Assembly: GCA_963768305.1 (NCBI GenBank)
Contig: CAVYHE010000003.1
Coordinates: 1 to 64,000 of the forward strand
DNA: 64,000 nucleotides
Source: an uncultured bacterium
GTDB taxonomy: Bacteria > Margulisbacteria > WOR-1 > CAVSGV01
Reading direction: 5' to 3'
Part shown: positions 57,832 to 64,000 of the stretch, in pieces
Position numbering within the stretch: the stretch's first letter is position 1
Layout: the number at the start of each line of letters is the position of its first letter
Made by a program: the position numbers and the translations under genes
Notes under the pieces: model-generated
The model's input: the letters and a program-made list of their open reading frames with translations, nothing else
Database searches by the model: none
What the model was told of the DNA's origin: nothing

Positions 57832-59982
57832 ATGAAAAATACAAAAAGCAACTCAAAACAAAAAATAAATGCGCTGCTTGAGGTCGGGCTGGAAGAAATC
57901 CCCGCCAGGTTCATGCCGGCTATGATAGATGACCTTAAGCAAAAAGCCGGGAAAGAGCTTCAGTCATCAAGATTGTCATATAGCTCCGTTCAAACTTACG
58001 GCACACCCAGACGATTGATCCTTTATATAGAAGGGCTTCCCGTTAAGCAGGATGATCTGTCGAAAGAAGTAAGAGGCCCGCAAAAGCAGGCCGCTTTTTC
58101 CGGTGACGGCAAACCCACAAAAGCGGCGGAAGGATTCGCGAAAAGCCAGGGCGTATCCGTTATCAGCTCTGAAGGTCCGGAAAATCGGGGACAAGGAATT
58201 CGTTTTCGCTTCCGTGGCCGAAAAAGGCGTTCCGACCGAAGAAATTCTTGAAAGAGCTTTTCCCGAAGCTCATCAGCTCTCTTTACCTGCCGATATCAAT
58301 GAGATGGGGCTCCGAAGAGTTCAGGTTCATTCGCCCGCTCCACTGGATACTGGCGATATGCGGAACAAAGACATTGAATTTCGAAATAGCCGGCATCAAG
58401 TCATCGAATAAGACATTCGGCCATCGATTCCTCGGCTCCGGATCGATAGCTGTCAATGCTTCCAAAGGAATAACTTTCAAAGCTTTCAATAATTCGCTTT
58501 CCAAAGGCAAGGTGATGGCGGACCAGAACGAAAGGAAAGCAAAAATATCGGAGATGGTGAAATCCGCGTCGAAAAAGCTCGGCGGGTCGGGATATGTGGA
58601 TAAGGATATCCTTGATGAGGTTGTTCATCTCGTGGAATGGCCGGCGGTCATTACCGGCGGATTTAAAAAAGGAGTTCTTAAGCCTTCCGAAAGAGGTCCT
58701 TACCGCCGTGATGAAGAAGCACCAGAAATTTTTCCCTGTTCCCGATGCCGCGGGCCGTTTTCTCCCGGTGTTCATAAATATCTCGAACGGCGTGAAGGGC
58801 GCGGACATGAAGAACGTGAAAGAGGGGAATGAAAGGGTTTTGGCCGCGCGGCTGAACGACGCGAAATTTTTCTTTGATGAAGACAGGAAGAAATTCCTGG
58901 AAGACCTGGTCCCAAAACTTTCAAAGGTCGCTTTCTATGACAAATTGGGGACTGTCCTTGAAAAAGTGGAAAGGATAACCGCGTTATCCGATTGGCTGGC
59001 AAAAGAATTGAAGCTAAGCCAGGGCCACAGGGATAACATAAGGCATATCGCCCGCCTCTGCAAAGCGGACCTTCTGACCCAGATGGTTTACGAGCTTCCG
59101 GAGCTTCAGGGCGTCATGGGACGGGAATATGCTTTGCTTGAAGGAAAACCGAAAGAGATCGCCGACGGGATATTCGAGCATTACCTGCCCAGGCATTCGG
59201 AGGATATCCTGCCGGCTTCCATGGAAGGAGCGGTTGTAGCACTTGCCGACAAGATCGATTCCATCGTCGGATGTTTCAGCATAGACCTCATACCGACCGG
59301 TTCGGCTGATCCTTTTGCTTTAAGGAGGCAGGCGCAGGGGCTGGTCAGCATTCTTTTGAATAAAAAGATCAACCTGGACCTGGCCGAACTCATCGAAAAA
59401 GACCATAAATTATATGAGCCGCTGTTCCTTGGCGAGATCTTCGCGTCCGGGAAAGTAAAATATAACGCGGTCCAGAAAGTTATCCCGGATGTCCTGGCAT
59501 TCATTGCCGCCAGGGTATCGGCTAATTTATTGGATAACAAGATCAGGTATGATGTCGCGGAAGCCGTCCTTTCGCATTTCGGGGATGCGCTGGATTCCTG
59601 CGAGAAAGCGACCGTTCTTTCCAGAAGATTGAAAGAGGACTGGTTCAAAGGGATTGTTTTGACCGCTGACAGAATATCGCGGCTGGCTGCGAATGCGACC
59701 AGGGAGAATGTTGTCGAAACTGATCTTACGCAGAACGAGGAAAAGACGCTTCATTTTGTTTATCTGGATGTAAATGCGAGGATAGGGGAGGCGGTGGGGC
59801 GAAGCGACTACGAAACGGCGCTGAAAGAGCTTACCCGCATGACAAAGCCGGTGGATGATTTCTTCATAAAAGTAATGGTCATGGACAAGGATGAGAAAGT
59901 TAAAGCAAACAGACTGGCCCTCCTGAAAACCCTTGAAAGAATGTACCTGGAAATAGCCGATTTTCCCAAGATCGTGATGTAA
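57832..59982 (+). CDS. glyS: Glycine--tRNA ligase beta subunit (frameshifts)
   Basis: LLEVGLEEIPA, TPRRL, MRWG, GNERVLAARLNDAKFF, ELQGVMG, TGSADPFALRR, NRLALL. Confidence 0.95.
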
Positions 59983-60033
59983 ACCCACCCTCACCCATCT
60001 GTTATTTACTGTAATACCGCCAAAAACCGCACC

Positions 60034-60062
60034 TTGTAAAATATCAAGTTTTCCTGTATAAT
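60034..60062 (+). promoter_or_regulatory. Sigma70-type promoter upstream of proS
   Basis: TTGTAA-17 nt-TATAAT. Confidence 0.6.
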
Positions 60063-60096
60063 ATCAATATTCCTTGATATTTCTGTCGGGGGTGGT

Positions 60097-61822
60097 TTGG
60101 GAAAAATGAAGATGTCGCGGCTCCTTGCTCCTACTCTCCGCGAAGATCCCACGGAAGCGGAGATAGCCAGCCACAAGCTGATGTTAAGGGCGGGCTTTAT
60201 CAGAAAACTATCTTCAGGCGTCTACTCATATCTTCCTCTCGGTTGGCGCGTTATCCATAAGATCGAACAAATAGTCAGGCAGGAAATGGACAGGGCAGGA
60301 GCCTTGGAAGTGAAATTGCCGGCGATACTTCCCTCCGAACTCTGGAAAGAAACAGGCCGCTGGAATATTTACGGCAAGGAACTTTTCCGCATAACGGACC
60401 GCCACGACAGGGAATTCTGCCTCGGCCCAACCCACGAAGAAGTAATAACCGACCTTGTGCGAAGCAACGTCAAGTCATACCGCGAACTGCCGCTAAATTT
60501 ATACCAGATCCAGACAAAATACCGCGATGAAATTCGCCCCAGGTTCGGCGTGATGAGGTCCCGCGAATTCATCATGAAGGACGCGTACTCATTTGATAAG
60601 GATGAAACCGGGCTCGAGGCCAGCTATAAAATAATGTTCGAAACTTATAATCGGATATTTGATCGATGCGGCCTGAAGTATAAAGTCGTCCATGCCGATC
60701 CCGGACCCATCGGCGGAGGATTTTCACAGGAATACATGGTCATCTCTCCGACAGGAGAGGACGAGATAATGCATTGCGATAAATGCGATTACGCGGCGGC
60801 GCATGAAATGGCGGTAATAAAAAATCCAAAATCCAAAACCCAAAATCCAAAGGAAATCCAAATCCCGAAAATCGAAAAGATCAAAACTCCGGGCGTCAAG
60901 ACGATCGAAGAACTTGAGAAATTCCTGAAAGCGCCGAAAGAAAGAATGATCAAAACTTTGCTTTATAAAGCCGGCGATCAGGTGATTGCCGTGCTGATAA
61001 GAGGCGACCATGCATTGAACGAATCGCGCTTGAAAAAGATACTCGGCAGGGAAGACATAGAAATGGCGGATGCGGCTACGGTTGAAAAGGTCTCCGGCGC
61101 TCCGGTGGGATTCGCGGGGCCTGTCGGACTTAAAGGTATCAAGATATATGCGGACAAGGAAGTCATCGATATAGAAGACGGCATAACCGGTGCTAATGCG
61201 AATGACGCTCACATCATCCACGTCCAATACGGAAGGGATTATAAAGCCGACGAGGTTGAATCTTTGCGATTGGCCAATGAAGGAGATCCTTGTCCTAACT
61301 GCGGCGGAAAACTTGTCACCACAAGGGGCATTGAGGTCGGGCACATATTCAAGCTGGGCATTAAATACAGCGAGAAAATGCAGGCCAAGTATCTTGGCGA
61401 GGACGGCAAGGAAAAGCCTTATATCATGGGCTGTTACGGCATAGGCGTTTCCAGGATAGCAGGAGCGGTCATCGAGCAGAACCACGATCAATTCGGGATC
61501 AAATGGCCGATATCGATCTCTCCTTATCAGGTCGCCGTGGTTCCCGTGAATATCAAGGAAAAAGAGCAAAAAGACGACGGCGGAGAAACTTTACAAAGAA
61601 CTTGCAAAAGCCGGGATGGAGGTCATATTGGACGACCGTGATGCGTCCATAGGAGTCAAATTGAAAGATATCGACCTGATGGGTTTCCTGATCAAGGTCA
61701 TAATCGGCCCGAAATCCCTGGCGGAAAATAAGATCGAAATAAAGCTCAGGTCCGACGGAAAAACCGAGCTTGTGGCTGTTGATAAGGCGGAGGAAAGGAT
61801 CAGATCTTTGTGCCGCCTGTAG
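60097..61822 (+). CDS. proS: Proline--tRNA ligase (3' frameshift)
   Basis: SHKLMLRAG, LGPTHEE, RDEIRPRFG, INS editing domain, GIEVGHIFKLG, MGCYGIG. Confidence 0.96.
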
Positions 61823-61832
61823 GGAGTGACCC

Positions 61833-62252
61833 GTGGCCGTAATTACAAATAGCATAAAGATCGCCACTAAAGGTAAGGATGACGTCATCAATGTCACATC
61901 AAAAGTAGGGGACATTGTTTCGCGGTCAAAGATCATAAACGGCATGGTGACTGTTTTTGTTCCGGGGTCCACGGCGTCGGTGACGACAATGGAATTTGAA
62001 CCGGGGCTTATAAAGGATATCAAAGCGATGGGCGAACGCATAGCGCCGTCGAACGAGGAATACGCCCATCATCAGACATGGGATGACGGCAACGGCAGTT
62101 CTCACATAAGGGCTTCGGTAATAGGCCCGTCCCTTATCGTGCCTTTTGTAGGGAGGAAAATGATGCTCGGGCCATGGCAGCAGATAGTCATGATAGACCA
62201 TGACGTCAGGCCCAGGTCCAGGGAAATAATTGTGCAGATGATGGGGGAATAA
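61833..62252 (+). CDS. yjbQ: YjbQ (UPF0047) family protein
   Basis: GSTAS..T.E.EPGL, NGSSHIRAS, LGPWQQI. Confidence 0.9.
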   Translation: MAVITNSIKIATKGKDDVINVTSKVGDIVSRSKIINGMVTVFVPGSTASVTTMEFEPGLIKDIKAMGERIAPSNEEYAHHQTWDDGNGSSHIRASVIGPSLIVPFVGRKMMLGPWQQIVMIDHDVRPRSREIIVQMMGE

Positions 62253-62253
62253 A

Positions 62254-63664
62254 ATGCGGGAATTCTGCGGAGTATACGGTATATATTCTTATGAAAGCGA
62301 CAGCCTCGCGAAGTCGGTATATCTACGGCCTTTACGCGCTTCAGCACCGCGGGCAGGAGAGCGCCGGCATAGCGGTTTCGGACGGAAAAGAAATGAGGTT
62401 CCACAGGGGAATGGGCCTTTGCGCCGCCGTTTTCAATGAGGAGATACTTAACGAGCTTAACGGCGGGCATATCGCCAGCGGCCACGTCCGGTATTCCACA
62501 ACGGGGTCAAGCACCATCGAGAATGCCGCTCCGATAATAGTCGATTCCAAATTCGGGCCGATAGCGCTTGAGCCATAACGGCAATCTGGTGAATTCCGCC
62601 GACCTCTCCGTTGAATTGAAAAATTCCGGATATGAATCTCAAGGGGACCACGGACAGCGAAATAATCGCGGTCCTTATCGCTAGATCAGACGAAGATACA
62701 GTTGAGAAAGCGATCATTTCTGTATGCGGAAAGATCCAGGGAGCGTACGCGCTGGTCATAATGACCAGGGACAAGCTCATCGCCGTGCGCGATCCCAACG
62801 GGATAAGGCCGCTGTGCATGGGAAAACTCGGCTCTTCTTATATTTTCTCATCCGAGACAGCCGCGCTGGACGTCCTTGGCGCGGATTTTGTGAGGGATAT
62901 TTCCAACGGCGAAATGGTGGTCGTTGACAAGGATGGCGTAAGGTCCGTCACATACGCGCCGCGGGCGAAAAAAGCTCTTTGCGTTTTTGAATTCATATAT
63001 CTTGCGAGGCCCGACAGCAGGCTGGACGGCAGGACCGTTTATGACGCGCGCACAATAATGGGGAAATATCTGGCGAAAGAGAACAAGGTTGACGCGGATA
63101 TCGTGATCGGCGTCCCGGATTCCGGGGTCGCCGCCGCCATAGGATACGCGCAGGAATCAAAGATCCCGTTCGCGGAAGGATTGATAAAGAACAGGTACAT
63201 CGGCAGGACTTTCATCCAGCCCAGCCAGGCGATAAGGGACCTGGGCGTGAAACTGAAATTGAACCCGATAAGGGATGTCGTGAGAGGAAAAAAACTCATC
63301 GTTATCGACGACTCGATAGTCCGCGGGACGACGAGCAAGCAGATCGTAAAGATTCTCCGCGACGCGGGCGCGCGGGAAGTGCATATGAGGGTAAGCTCTC
63401 CGCCGATATTGTTCCCGTGTTTTTACGGCATCGACACTCCATCCAAGGCCGAGCTGATAGCGGGAACAATGGGGGTCGAGGGCGTGCGAAAATATCTGGA
63501 CGCGGATTCTTTGGCATACCTTTCCATAAAAGACCTGGTGCATGCCATCAGCCTGCCGAAGAACAGCCTTTGCCTTGTCGTGCCTTAACGGCAATTATTG
63601 CGTGAAGATCCCCGAGAAGTCCAGAATGTCGGTTTATTTTTCAAGAAAGGAAGATGAGAATTGA
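62254..63664 (+). CDS. purF: Amidophosphoribosyltransferase (frameshifts; 3' end approximate)
   Basis: CGVYG, LQHRGQESAG, GHVRYSTTG, HNGNL, GVPDSG, DDSIVRGTT, PCFYGID. Confidence 0.95.
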
Positions 63665-64000
63665 AGTCCATCACATACGAACAATCCGGCGTTGACATAG
63701 AAGCCGGATACGAAGTAATAAAACGCGTAAAGAAACTTGCTAAGACCAACCAATATCAAAGGCGTCCTGGGCGAGATAGGGCTTTTCGGCGGATGCTTTG
63801 AGATCGACAAAAAAAATTATAAGGCGCCAGTGCTTGTTTCCGGCACCGACGGCGTGGGGACAAAGGTTAAGATCGCTTTCGACATGAACAAGACACGATA
63901 CCGTCGGCATAGACCTGGTCGCGATGAACGCCGATGACGTGGCGTGCATGGGAGCAAAACCGCTGTTCTTCCTTGATTATATCGCCTGCAACAAGGTTGA
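63661..64000 (+). CDS. purM: Phosphoribosylformylglycinamidine cyclo-ligase (partial, frameshifted)
   Basis: [39 protein letters not shown]. Confidence 0.93.

Noticed and set aside
56814..60096. T-box leaders for glyQS or proS
   Set aside because: Promoters lie too close to the start codons and no T-box consensus is seen

Overview
Bacterial chromosomal window, probably from an anaerobic diderm of the Terrabacteria; the gene mix (sepF/yggS/yggT, ricT, glyQS, MetVF, NfnAB, Lpt transporter, SLH-bearing beta-barrel) would fit Margulisbacteria/Saganbacteria, but this is inference. Many essential genes are split by single-base indels, best explained as long-read assembly errors. Most of the window is housekeeping: ahcY end, lspA, lgt, rluD, coaX, lysS, metVF, tldD, nfnAB, yggS-sepF-proC-yggT, relA/spoT, holB, ricT, hit, rpsU, lpt/lnt, trpD, glyQS, proS, purF, purM. 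Highlights: (1) Four dispersed orphan genes each sit behind the same exactly spaced motif TGAAATTT-N14-CGATA, which has sigma28/FliA-like architecture and may mark an undescribed regulon of secreted or lifestyle-specific proteins. (2) A split rRNA operon: tRNA-Ile/tRNA-Ala, an inserted membrane-protein gene, then 23S-5S, each with its own promoter and no 16S. (3) A lexA-ORF-dinB cassette with an unusual palindromic operator. (4) An ORF6N gene whose repeated peptide motif is encoded by 25-bp palindromes, with a similar palindrome upstream. (5) An 11-kb operon of mosaic tail-fibre-like secreted proteins with T9SS-like partners and a chimera-forming tandem duplication. (6) Dispersed 7-9-bp-periodic repeats, some in frame inside housekeeping genes.
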